A stretch of 64,000 nucleotides of DNA, taken from NCBI GenBank assembly GCA_030141605.1, contig JAQGDQ010000056.1, positions 1 through 64,000 on the forward strand, in the 5' to 3' direction. Under the pieces are notes generated by a model that saw nothing but the letters and a program-made list of their open reading frames with translations, was not told the DNA's origin and ran no database searches. The stretch comes from Tubiluchus corallicola. Lineage: Eukaryota; Animalia; Priapulida. The number at the start of each line of letters is the position of its first letter. Positions within the stretch are counted from its first letter, which is position 1. Both the position numbers and the translations under genes were made by a program. This document shows, in pieces, positions 38,666 through 52,600 of the stretch.

Positions 38666-41600
38666 CTTTGCTAAAAAAGAGCAACCATAAACAAACAGTA
38701 CAAACAATATCAAAAAATATTATTGCAAACTTTGTTGGTGCTTCAAGTAGGCACATGTGCAATTTTCTACTTACTAAAGAGTGAAAAAACAGTTTGAGAT
38801 TCAATAAAAACGGCAATGAAAATGTAAAAAGAGTTGACAAAATTATTAGGCAGTCAGTAAGTCTAACAACAAGAAAATCCTTGCTGTGTCTGTTTTTCAA
38901 GCTCTAGCTAGCTGAGGATGGCTAACGCAAAACAAACCAAATTTAATGTTTATAAAATGAAAACGTTTATAATTTCTCTTTTAACTGGACATAAGTTCTC
39001 ATATGTTTCACAACCTTTAGATAAATTTATATATACAGATCTTTCAAAAAGAAATTTTTTGATAAAATAACAGCGTACAATGTTTGTTACATGTTGAGAA
39101 TTTGTGAGAAGATGTCGTAGCTGCTGATTCGATATTGGTGGTGGTTGTTGTTGTTGTTGCTGCTGCTGCTGCTGCTGTTGCTGTTGTTGATGTTGCTGTT
39201 GCAGAAATTGTTGTTGCTGCTGTGCTGCCATCTGTTGTTGCATTAATTGATGTCTTTGGGCTTGTAACGCCTATAACAAAATTAGAAAAGATATTTTAGT
39301 TTGGGTTCCCTTGTTTGCAAAGTCAGCAGCAATATTGCAAGTAATATAAAGTTGCACTGTGTCTATGTCTGCATATAACACCTCCATATGGAATAGGGAA
39401 TCAGTTGCAAGAAGGTGTGCAGACTTTACTCCCTCCCTGATAAGTTAATTTAATTTAATTAGGTACAAGAAACTGGCTGATAAACACTGAACACCTTTAA
39501 TATCCACAGGCTAAAATGAGATGCGTTCTAGGAAATCGGCCTGTTTTTCATTAATGCTTGTGTTAGGATCAAAGAGTACTGTCGTCTGTATAACATTTAT
39601 GGGACTGAGGAGAGGCAGTCAGTCATTTGGCGAAATTGCCCGCTGCTCAGATGACAGGTAATCGACATGCGCATACACATAAACACCGACTACAGGTTAC
39701 ACACATAAAGCAGCAAAAACCGAAAACCTTTCCCAATGTTGAACCCAATTGGTGACTTAAAACACTAAGCATAAAGTTATTTTTGGTCATAAATTGCACC
39801 TTATTCCATCATTTAAAACTGTAAATGGTACTTGAATTGTGTTTCAGGATGAGACAGTGCCTTTATTATTGGTACTACAAGCAAGAACAAAATTAAGATA
39901 AGAATATGTTTCATCTTTTTAAACCAAATTAACTTTAAAGGACTTATATACTTGAAAACCCCATCTCAGTGGTAAGTTTAAAGTTATAAAATAAGAAGTA
40001 CAAAGCAGAAAAAGCAAAATTTTTTTGCACACAAATGTCAGCATAAAACGAAGAGTATGAAAATGTATAAAATTGCCTATTTACTTATTCTGAAATCGAT
40101 TTGGTTCAGAAAGGATGACGACTGTTCTTGTCTTAATTGTATTTCAAACTGTAGTAATTATGTACAGAATTTTACAGATGCTGTTTTATAATATTGTTTA
40201 CAATAAAAAAGGTAAATAATTAAACCAACCTGTTGACTTTGAATGTTTCCTTGTTGCATTTCCCCTATGGATGAAGTGCTGATTTGCACTCCCGGCATGC
40301 CCATTGGCGCTCCTACCAACTGAAAAGAGTGAAGATTTTTGCAGACCTTACAATACTATTTAGAATTTTCACTTTCATGCTGTGCAAAAAATAAAGTTTT
40401 ACAGTTTTAACAAGCAACTGTAAACAAACAAAAATTCTGACTTATTATGTACGTACTGTTAATGATTTCTTAATAACTATATACTTTTAGTAAATGGTAA
40501 TATACCAGGGCCGTACACAGTATAAGAATTTTGTGTTTTTAATGCAGTTCAACAGATTGCAAGCTAAAACCAAGTAATCAACAGCATGTCCTGCTATAAA
40601 TGTCAAATAATTGTGGCAAGACAACAATCCAGGTCATTATCAAGTACATTCACATAAGATGACACATCAAATCAGCAGAAATACTAAGCCATAGCTATAC
40701 ATCCTCCCTCAATGGCATAATATGACTTGAAGGACATATTATCAAAAAAAGAAAGAAAGAATTGTTATAAGCCAGTGCCCCATCGATGTGCTAAAGGCTC
40801 ATCCAAGATTTAGTTTTGTGCCTTTAAAAAGCTAATGTAGATTAAAACTCAAGCTAACACTTGCCAGACATTTGCTTGCAATTAACATTGTATCTAATCT
40901 TAAAAGTTAATAATTTTGAAATGCATTATCTAGTACGTTAATATATTATTAGAGACAATTTTAAAACTTTTACAAAAGCCATACTCACTTGTTGAGGTTG
41001 TTGTAGTATCTTGCGAGGGCCCATCTGTTGTTGTGGGGGTGGACCGCGCATAGTGTTGCCAGCTTGACCTTGTGGAACCAAGCCTTGTTGCTGCAACTGG
41101 TCAGAAACAAAGAACAGAGACAATACAAATTAGGTAAATGTGTCATGTTGCAATTATATTATGTTAAAATTAATACTTTGCATAATTTAATTATACAAAC
41201 AACATTTTTTGTAAATTAACAATATTCCTACAACAAACTGAGGTTAACAAGCAACGACATAGCACATTTAGCTACGTTTTCAAAATAACAGCAGAAAGAA
41301 ATCTTAAAATATTACATGTGTGATACGGTTAAAGAAAACATGTAAAATTAAGATGGAATTATGACAGTTAGTTTTCCCTTCAGTCTTTATTTCCTTTGAA
41401 TAGCTACACAAAAGCTGTGGATTTACATATAAGGCAGCTAGCTATTTTTAAGCACAAACTGCTTACCCGCTGTTGCATAATCCTTTGTTCTTGTGCTTTT
41501 TTATGATCAGAAATGACACTGCGAATCCCATTAACAAACCTGAAATAAATGTATTATCATAGCTATAGGCAAAATTACAACTCACTTTTGGGTAAAGTGT

Positions 41601-44600
41601 GTTGCAATCCAGCAAGTACCTGAATACAATGCATGCCACACTTACATACATCTTCTATTGTGAGCCAAATGCATGCATGTAATACTTATAATAAATACTG
41701 TTAAATGTAAAAAATCACTGATCTATGAATCTGTTTTTCTATATTAATTTTTGAAAATAAATTTTGCAAATGAGTTTATTTTACTTAATTATTTAATAGT
41801 GAATTGTTTAACTATTTATTACTTTGGTTAAAACTTGTCTTAAAAATATATTGTGCTAAATTTATTTAAATACATTTTAAAAGACAGCAAAGCAGAAAGT
41901 CAAGAATTTCTTCCTAATTTCAATTATTTATGACAAAATATTGAATGTGCACTCACTGCGGCTGATCATTTGGAATAAGGCCAACAAAAGCTTTCTTTTT
42001 GTTGCTATACAGCAAGACCAAAACGCGTATGTCACGTGGGGCCCCAGATGGAAAATGTACACAGCCAGCCTACAAGAAACATAGTTCATCACTAACAAAT
42101 CAAAATGTATGATACTATCATTACAGATCATTACGATAATTATTACCGAAAATGTGAAAAAAATCTGTGATTACAATGTTGATTACTAACATGTAATGAT
42201 GATTACAAAATCTAATGTGAACAATGATGATGATAATAGTGATGGCACAACTTCCAACTAAAGTACCGCAAACACAAATCACAGAAACTTTATAATAAAA
42301 AGTGGTATAAAATTGACTAGGTAGGATTGTCAATGCAATTTTCAAGAAAATGCAACCCAAAGAGTTCCATCTCTCATCATAAAAAACTATAGTAGTAAGA
42401 CTAACATACCAATGAATTAGTTCCCATAACTTTGGTTAGTGCCATTAGTGTTTCGCGATCCTGAGATCCAAACTGAAACTTCACAGTCTTGCAGTTGTGA
42501 AACATTTTTTCTAAAGATGTAAGTAATGGTTGAGGAATTAATTGCATCATCATCTGAGGAGGCCACTCATCGGCTTTTCTGCAATAAGTATTTGTAGTAA
42601 ACATTAATGCACATTTACGAATACATTAGTTATAACAGAAAATTGTATATACACATCCTTTCAAAAGCACTACCATTTCGTAAGGTAAATAAAAAATCCG
42701 GGCTACAAAAGTATATAAAAATGTCATGTGATTGCAGCTATACTTCTACATAATTATATTAAAAAATTGAAGTTTTAACGTAAAATTTTGACATTATTGA
42801 AGGTTTTGAAATACTACTCATAAGTCTGGAAACAATACTGTTGCTATTCCTTGTATCGGCCTTGACACTGATAGCAAAATTTAATATGAATACAGAACTT
42901 TAGGAGCTGAGAAAAATGTGGAAGGTGTGGTTTGTAAAACACCATTTGAACATATGAGAAAAAGCAAATTGAACAATGTCACTTGTCTCCAGGTCAACAT
43001 CATTTAAATGGGCATAATTTAAATGTAATAAACATGATATTACTTACACATCTACTTCTGGCCCACTAGGAAATACTTGGCATTGTAGTAATCTGTTTAC
43101 TTTTGGTGCATTTGGTTCACTACGTGCTCTGTCCTGCCAGGTGAGAGTACCACTCCATATTGGCCTCTGAGCTCCAGGTGGATTGGGAAGCTGACTTGCT
43201 AAACCTACAAAGCATGCATTAAAGTGGACAGTGAAAATATAGGTAAAATTTATATAATATCTATGTAATATATTTTTGGTCACTATACCAACTTACAAAT
43301 GTAAATTTTTGCTAAACATTTGCAAATTCTCCTACTTCGTAGTGACCTCAAGTTTTGTCTTTAAATTCACTGCCACTTAGCCATGAACAAGCACATGCCA
43401 AACTGCATGAGATACTTTAATAAAAACCATACTTTTGCAGTCACCAGTGTATTTGCCATTAGTTTTCATACAAAGCACAAGACAGTTCTTACCATTATAT
43501 TATTAAAAATTCGTGAATGAGCATATTAGTCACTTAAAAATTTGTGCAAAACAACTTATTACTCATGCAAGTCCGCGACCTAATTACATAAGCCAAGGCC
43601 TACAAAATATAAAATTGGCCTCCATAGCCTAAAAAGTTGTCAAAACTATAAAATGGCTCCTTTTTACATAAGAGAAATCCATATTTTTTCATGAGTAGTT
43701 TTTAAGTATTAAAAGCATGTATAAGATTGACTTTCTAATAAAATTTTTGAACCACATTCTGAAATTTGGTGAAAGGATAATTGATGATCAACGAAGTACC
43801 CATATTACAAAATGTCTTTTCAAGTAAATGAAATTAAAAGGTCATTTTTAACATACCGACAGCTTGGGCAGTTTGAGGCTGTCCACTTTGTAGCAGTGTG
43901 TTCAATCCAGTACTTACTACTACAAAAAATATGAAAAGTAACATTACTAGCATTTTTATCTGTGAAAAGAAATGTAGTGCATCTAGCAGTTGTAGTTAAA
44001 AAACAACTTCAGATTTTAACATTTTTATGCAGTTCAGCACATCGAAACTAGCACTCGTGTATAATTTAACACTTCTAAAACGAGCACACTTAACCAAAAG
44101 AAGGATTCTTGGTCACACATGGATATGTTGACATATCTTCCATCAACGAGGACAATAACTAGAGGAAGTGTGGCAAATGAAAACAGCCAGGCACAGCTAT
44201 CCCAGATAATTCAAATTCAAAACGTGCATTTGTTTTTATATTCATGATATAAATGAGACAAATAAATGTATTTAATTATCACGATGGAAATAGGATGGAG
44301 AAAGACCACAAAGGTCAACTAGTCATGCCATCCTTCAATAGATGAATGTGATTTCTGGGATGGCATTGTAACTATTTAACTCATGAATAGAAGTGAAATT
44401 ATATCATTACTATTTTACTTAGCAACTTGATCTGTTTGAAATTCTCTAATCAACTGAAGGGTGAAAATGCAATCAATAATATCTAAACATACAACAAAAT
44501 GATAAGCAAAAAGCAATGAGAACCATAACCCAAATAATGTGGTACAAATGAATATAAAATGATCAAAATTCAAACTGTCATATCATTTAAAAAGAGAAAT

Positions 44601-47600
44601 TAGAAAAACATGCAAAATAATAACAATAAAATTAAAAAAAAACAAGTTAAATGAAAAGCAAACTAGCAAAAACAGAAATTTAAAATTAACTTTCAAACAG
44701 CGAACTGAATCATGCTGCAAAATACATGCATTAAAAATATAACAAAAGTGTCTGAATAATAAACAAAACAAAAGAAAAACAAATAAGATCAGCTAAGTTT
44801 GAGTCAGATAGCAAAAATCGATAATGCTGACTAATTTTATGACTGTAATTCATGCAGTCCTACCCTAATGTATGCATGAATATGATATTTTCCTAGATTA
44901 CAAACTTAAGACAGAAAAGGCATAACAGGGTTAATAATGCATTTTAAGCAATAATAAACGTCAGAGGTTTCTGATAAAATCACAAATTTTCTCTTGTTAA
45001 GCTTGTGCATTTCAGGTGTATCCAACACTTGCAAATGTCACAAAAAATACTAAATTGATTATTTTTGCAATTGTGCAGACAAAAACTGCATGGGTAAACC
45101 ATAACTATGTAATAAAATGTAACTAAAAAATTTATTCATCAAAGGATTTATTTTAGTGTGTTCAAGTCTTCCTCCCCCTGAACTTCAACAGTATTACTAA
45201 TGTCACTGGCTCGAGTAAAAAATCTACCATATTTAGTCCAAATATACTTGTAGTTGTGGTTTCTCTTGTATTCTAGACAAGTGAGAATTACACATCCATT
45301 CATTAACTAACGTTAGTATTGCATAGCATAAGCTGAAAAGTGGCCATCTAGCTGTTTTCTCACTCCCAAAATTTTAAAAATAATTAATGAGCATGTCCAT
45401 CAGCTACAATAACTTTGATTTTTGTTCTGTTTAATTATAAATAGGTGATTCGCAGCCTGTAACATATGACCTAAACCTAGGTTATCTGATGTGAAAGTTA
45501 CTCTGGTTTTTCCCAGGCAATGGCTTTGGTTATAACATTTTGCCACGCATCATGCATTGTATATGATGCAGGTGCATTTTAGCCTGCATAATATTAATGT
45601 GCCCACATACCAGCAAGCCTCACAGTTTAATCTCTCGAAGTTTTCCTAAATTTCCATACCTGAGCACTAGGGCTTACTTTATTACTACAGCTCTGCAAAT
45701 CATCTTAAAATACCTGTTAACCCCTGGAAGCTTTGGTTGCCTGACTTGCAACAAAGTGGTAGTGGATGCAAGTAATTTCTTTAGGCTCCTGTCTAACTGC
45801 TACAAGAACTAAACTAGCAGTAAAATGACAAGATAAATGTTGCTGTTCAAACATTAGCAAAACATTGCCTAATGATTATTAGCATTTGCTGGTTTATAGA
45901 TTAGTAAATGTGCATCTTGAGCACATTGGTAGCAGTATTAGGCATAACAGTTCCTGAAATATCAGCAGTTAACCTTTCTCTACAAGTGCAGCAATATACC
46001 CTTTTTTACACAGAGAATATTTCACTTTATACAACATACTTACCTTGATCATTCATAGATGTTGGCATTTCCTGCATACTCTGTCCAGGCTGTACAGCAC
46101 CTTGAATCTGTTGTGATGTCATCATATTTGCCTGAGATGCTATAAGGTTTTGTTGAGATGCCATTGTATTGTTGGGAAGTGAAAAGGCATAATTAGATTG
46201 TGCAACCATGCCATCCTGCATTGTTAACATACCGGACTGGGATGTCATTCCACCCATTTGTGATACCAGTCCCTGGTGGGGTGTCATCATTGGTTGTGAT
46301 GTCATCATTCCAGGCTGTGATGACATCATTCCTGGTTGTGAAGTCATCATTCTGGGTTGTGATGTCATCATTCCAGGTTGTGACGTCATCATTCCGGGTT
46401 GCGATATCATTATTCCAGGCTGTGAAGTCATTACTCCACCTTGAGACACCATCATTGCAGTTTGAGGTGTCACCATCCTTGGCTGAGAAGTAACCATTCC
46501 AGGTTGGGAAATCATTTGTGAGTTAATAATTCCAGGCTGTGATGTGATCTTGCCTTGCTGTGATGGCATTACACCCGGTATGAGTCCCGATTGTGATGTC
46601 ATCATTCCAGGTTGTGACATTGGAATATTCTGTTGTGCACTTGTAGCATTCTGTTTCATAACTGGCCTAAGTGAAACTCCTACAAAAACGATAATTATGT
46701 TTGTTTGAAGCTCAAATTCTACAGTCTTACATAAAATAATGGAAGTTCGGCAACATTTTCTGCTTATGCTGTTATTAACTTACCAGACTAACAGCAAAAC
46801 TAAGTGTCCTATCAGTGATGGTTAATTTAATGAATAACAGTTATGAAAGCATGCAGAAAGCAAAAAAAAAACTTTTTGAGCTCTTTTTTGCAGTTGTAAG
46901 GTTACTAAAGGTTAGACTCTCTAGAGGTATAGTATACAAAGCTTTGTACAAAGCCATTTTCACAGGTATGCAAAGATGATATCTAGAAAATTTGCTAGAA
47001 TAGAATCAAATACAAATAGGATCATGTAAAGATGCCGCCCACTAAAGCAAATGACAATCATATAGTGCCATTTTGGAGGTTTCTTGTTTGGAAAATTACA
47101 TGCCGCACATGCCTTGTCATTATTTATTGATTCATCGCTACCATACAGTTTCCTATTAGTCGCATTATATGATGTATCTGTTAGTATCTGTCAACATGTA
47201 AAGAAATTATAATGACTAAATTATAATAATAATCCGTATTGTGTATTGTTTTTTAAATTCTCTTAATATAATATTTACCATATTATGATAATTATTATTT
47301 TTGAGGTGCAAAGCAAAATTAGTGCAACAAAATTGTTTGATATTTTTTTTATCAATTTTTAATTTTATAAAGCATAAAATCATACAGGCTTAATTAAAAA
47401 AACAGCCAGAAAGAGAGAGACCACATACCTTGGCTCCATGACGCCTGACCTGCAGGTACTTGTTGGAGATGACTGCCGAAATTTTTCTGAGCCTGACTTG
47501 GCCCACCCAACTGCACATAAACAATTTTACTACAGCATTAGTGTTACTATTTACATTTATTATGCTGTCTCAATTATGTGATTTGTAATAAAATAATAAA

Positions 47601-49563
47601 ACAGATGAAATCATATACCATAAAATAGAAAAATTCCAAAATTTCTCTTTTAATCTCAAAATTACAGAAACAATAAATGTAAATTATTTATAGTATTATA
47701 AGTGTTTTGTACGTAAAATTGTGGTTAAATGTTATAAAGGGGTGATTCTACATGCGATTTTTCAATTCACTAAATACGGTTTAACAGGAATTCAGAAAAA
47801 ACCAGCTATGAGGAGTAAAGATCTAATTAATAACCAAATCAAAACTGAGATAAAATAGGTATGAATGACATAACTGAGCAAACAGACAAACATTGACAAG
47901 GATCTAAAAATAAAAGACAAAAATGAACAGTGCCAGTGATATTACAATGGAATTTTTAAGGAGTGTATCATAATCTCATGAATCAAAGTGGTCTAAGGCT
48001 ATCATGAAATCAAGGATTAAAACCATTACATCTGTTTTTTTCTAAATTTACTAATAGCATACATCATTTTGGACACACGACAAGATTAAAGCTGTCTCTG
48101 TGCTATAGTGAACATGAATAGCTGACAGACTTGCTAAGTAATAAATCACTATAAAGGATTTAGAAAATGGTCAAGTGGAAATAAGATGGTAGTGCTTTAT
48201 ATGGTGACCCAAGCAATTAAAAAATAATCTTGTAATAAAGAAGAAGAAAAGATAAGAATCTCAGTCCACTACTACAGCTTTAAGACAAGCAAGAAACCCA
48301 CAACAAAAGTTTTGCCTACTTGTTCGTTGTTCCTACTTTAGTGCTATGTCATATTTTGAGCCTTTAATGACCATGTTGTAATGACAAGTGCTGGTTATGT
48401 TTTTTATCTTGTAGTTTTCTTTATCAAATCAAATCAATTTATTTCACTCCAGCAATACATATACAATACATCAACATACAATGTGAATGGAAAAAAAACA
48501 ATATAGGTAAAAAAACATTGATAAAGTCAAATTAACCAAACTAGTTATGACACCTTGGAAGCTTGGCTTGTTAAGGTGGCACAAATCAGTGAATGAAAGA
48601 ATGGTTAGGGTTAGTAGACATGATGGAATGGAAAAAAATAGTAAGATTAGGGATAGGAAGAAGGAAGGGAGGAGAGGAAATGACTACAGTGTATGTTTAA
48701 TTTACGTAGAGCTACATTAAAATAGTATTATTATAATATATATAGTACTTATTGTGAGTTCTGTGCCTTTTCTGTGACTGTGTACCTTTACTATTTTCTG
48801 TGTTTTTAGTGAATGTGTTAATGTTGCAGAATCCAAAACAACAACATGGTTTTTTTCAGTGAGGATAGTTCGGAGGTAGATCAATTCCTCTTATTAAGAA
48901 CTATCTCCGTATTATACGCCAAGACCAAAAAATGGCAGCGGAATCTAAATCAAGTTCTGAAGCTCGTGCATTTGTCTTTAAAAATACAGATTTATAGGTA
49001 CTAAATAGCATAACTTACCTGCGATGGGGCTTGTGGATGAACTAGACCTACTGGAGTTGCCTGATGATTAAGCGAAACACCAGACTGTCCGTTAACAGGC
49101 ATCCCTTGCTGACTACTGACTGGATTAACTTGATTTGGTGGAGGCATGCGCGTTGCTGATTGGTCTGCAGAAAAAAGTAGAATCCCGTAAGCAGAATTCA
49201 GTAATCAATGGCAAGGCCTCCTATTAATGCCGAATGAGTATATCAAAATCGTTCTAGCAGTTATTATAGCAATTATAGCATTATAGGAATCTTGTGTGAC
49301 TGCCAACTAGACTGGTTAATTTAACGCTTTTGCGTTAGTTGCCAAAACATTAACTAAGTGAGTTGAGTTGGTGAACTGGCAAATAAATAAGAGTTTTAGT
49401 GGTGACCTTTGAATAGCATTATAATATAATATAATATAATATAATATAATATAATATAATATAATATAATATAATATAATATAATATAATATAATATAAT
49501 ATAATATAATATAATATAATATAATATAATATAATATAATATAATATAATATAATATAATATA

Positions 49564-49601
<38 letters not shown>

Positions 49602-52600
49602 GTCTTTATTGTATATGTCATCTAACAACCAAACATTTAACTGTTATTAGCAATAATGTTAATGAACATGATAAAGAACAATGTAAAGGTCCCTACAGAT
49701 GACTATTCAAGTTAACAAGTGTTAATGTACAAAGAATTAGATACAATGCTATACATAAAAAACAACAGACATTTTTAAACTCTGCTGTTGGAAAATAGGA
49801 GAATTAGCTGATTTGTGCACATGCTGATATTGACTCCAGTACTATCATCATGACCACTACCAAAATGATCGTTATCATTGCCATCCTCATCCTCATCATA
49901 ATCATCAGCTGTCCTCAGCCAGACTAAGTTACCAGACTTCTTGGCAATCGTCACCAGTTAACTTGAATGCTACTTCCTTACAAATAATGGAACTATTGAT
50001 AAAAAACAAGGACTTCTCCACCAGTAATCTTGTCTATATAAATGGGTATAAATCCAAACAAAAAATTAACAAGGTCCAGCTTTTCTAGGCACACAAAACT
50101 GTGCATTAATCAGTTAATCTCCCTAAAAAATTATTTTGTTAATCTCTCCTAATGTGAAAAAGTTAGAGTTTTTAGGTTGAGCTTTATTTGTAAATATAAT
50201 TTATGACACAAACACTTTATGATCTCACTCACTAATTATGTTTGTGCTTTCGTGCGTTTGTATTAATAAAGATTCTGACATATAGCCGCTCTAGACTACA
50301 TACTTACTAGATTGATTAGATGTTAAAATAGATGTCGGTGGCTTAAAAGGCTGTGAGTTCTGAGTATTAGAACTAGGTGGCAGTATCTGTGTGGGTCTTA
50401 TCTGTCCTGATACATTTACAGACCCTGCAAAAAATTTATAGTAAACAGCAAATTAGCAATTTAAAATGAGTCGCAACACTTTAATGAGATGGTTCTCAAG
50501 CACTACCTACATTACATTATTTGCTCCTGCACAATTTATTGCTGAAAAATAAAAAAATCACTTTTGATAAAAAAAAACTATAAAAATTCTTCAATAGATC
50601 AGCAGTATTAAAAATATGACATTAAAAATGCAAAACATGCCAAAGAAAAATTACATACTAGTAGCACTTACCATGCGTTGGACTTGGAGGTTTTTGCGTA
50701 TTGGATGGTTTAACAATACCAACTGGCTTATTGTCTGTGAGTGAAGACACTGGATGCTCTGCAACAAATTCATTCAGAGTAAAAGCTGCATTTTAAAACA
50801 TAACAAGACTTTGCTTAATGACACCTTGCTTAGTGATGGTTTGTTTTAATGATGAGTTTTACCTTAAAAGTTAAATTTTGTTTGCTGCGACCTTTATCCT
50901 TTAACAAACAAAATAAGGCATTGTTATAAGCAATAAATCCAATAAGTATTGGATTGATGACCCATTGTCTATGTTCGTGGAACACAACTGAGGATTTTCA
51001 CATTAATTCCTATGGAAGGCATGGCTTCGCTTAATGACGCCATTTGCTGGAACACATTAGCATCGCTATAGTTGATTACTATTTAAAAATGTAAACTACT
51101 AAATTTATTTTCCAATCTGTTCTTTCAGCTAATAAAAGGATGGTGAAAAAATAAAATAATAAAAGTGCTTATCAACTAAAATTATAAATAATAATTAGTA
51201 ATATAATCCTCAAATTTAAACCAGTAAGCTCGTATCCATGTAGCAACACTAGATGGCGCAAGTCAACACAATAATTTCTGTTATCATTATTTTGTAAGTC
51301 AGAGCCGCCACCAATCTCGTACAATCGCAGTAATGCAGGAATCCTCCTTGGTGCAATCACTGATAAATCAATACCATTCTGTAAAAAAAAAACAATCAAT
51401 ATATTGTCAATATGATTTGCAAGTTATTTTTCACTCTTTTCAATGTTCAAAAGTATTACTTAGTCCTTAACCTCCACTACAAGATTACTAAGCCCCCAGA
51501 GGCATACAAAACCTAGTGAATTAACAGATGTAATAATGGTTCAGTTTCGTCTGAAGCTACATGGTCATTACTAATCATGGACCGGAACAAGAGCACCCAT
51601 TAAACTGTCTGCCAAATTTTGCAACGTTAAAATTTAGAAGCGAATTCTGACGATTCTGAACTGAACCAATAGGTTTCATTGAAAAATGCAAATGAGGCAA
51701 TAAGCAGCAATGTAAATAAACTCTAGTCATCTAATTTCATTGTATGACATATCTTGTATTAGATATTCTGTGGCTCCGAAAAAACAAACTTTTCTGATCA
51801 AATACTTCATTACACTTGAATTTTTGTACAGATTATACAAAGGCATTTATCATTGCTAAAATCTAAAGTACTTAATAAAAAACACGATCCCGTTTTGAAG
51901 ATACAGTGTAAGCCGCTTAATAAACTCACCTTAGTGGAAAGGGAAATGGATTTATCAAGTGGCTGGATTTATAAAGTGACCTATTAAGTAGCTCTTTTTG
52001 AAGCCAATGCATTTAGAACTCAGTAAACAGCTTGCGAAAACTTTTTAAGTGCAATAATTTATTAGCGTGCATATGATTAAAGCATTACTTTAACTGAAAT
52101 ATTTACATGACATGATTAAAGATTTATGTATAAATAGCTTAAAGTTAGTATGTATTGTTTATCTGTGATGTCATTACCCTAATAATACGATAACCTGCGA
52201 TCAGAGATGATTCAGAATTTATTTGAGTCAACGTTCACACGAGCACAATGGTTCAATGGTTTATTAGTTAGAATCTGCATTTTAGTTTAAGCTAACTAGG
52301 TATGCAAAACGACTAGACAATTGCAGACCATTTGTGGTCTGTTTTAGGGGGAAAGTTTTTTCGAAGATGCGATTGAATGTACTGCTTGAGTTTGGTGAAA
52401 CAATCACCATTCTACACAGTAATTCCTGCTTCGTCGTCATGCAAAGTTGTAGAAAGCGCATAGAACAAAGATGCTGATCTAGCTTAAGTAAAGTTGCAAG
52501 GCAATCGCGTGTGGTCTTACGTCACAATTTTGTAGTCTTGTACAATTTTGGAGGTAGTTACGATAAAAACAATTTTATGTGCTTAAACAAGAAAAACATG

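Noticed and set aside
46208-46444. Plus-strand ORF with GCDVIIP repeats, suggesting a metal-binding repeat protein
   Set aside because: It is the antisense reading of the MED25 heptad exon and has no splice or promoter support.
49316-49628. ORFs of ILYY repeats
   Set aside because: Translation of the (ATAAT)n microsatellite.
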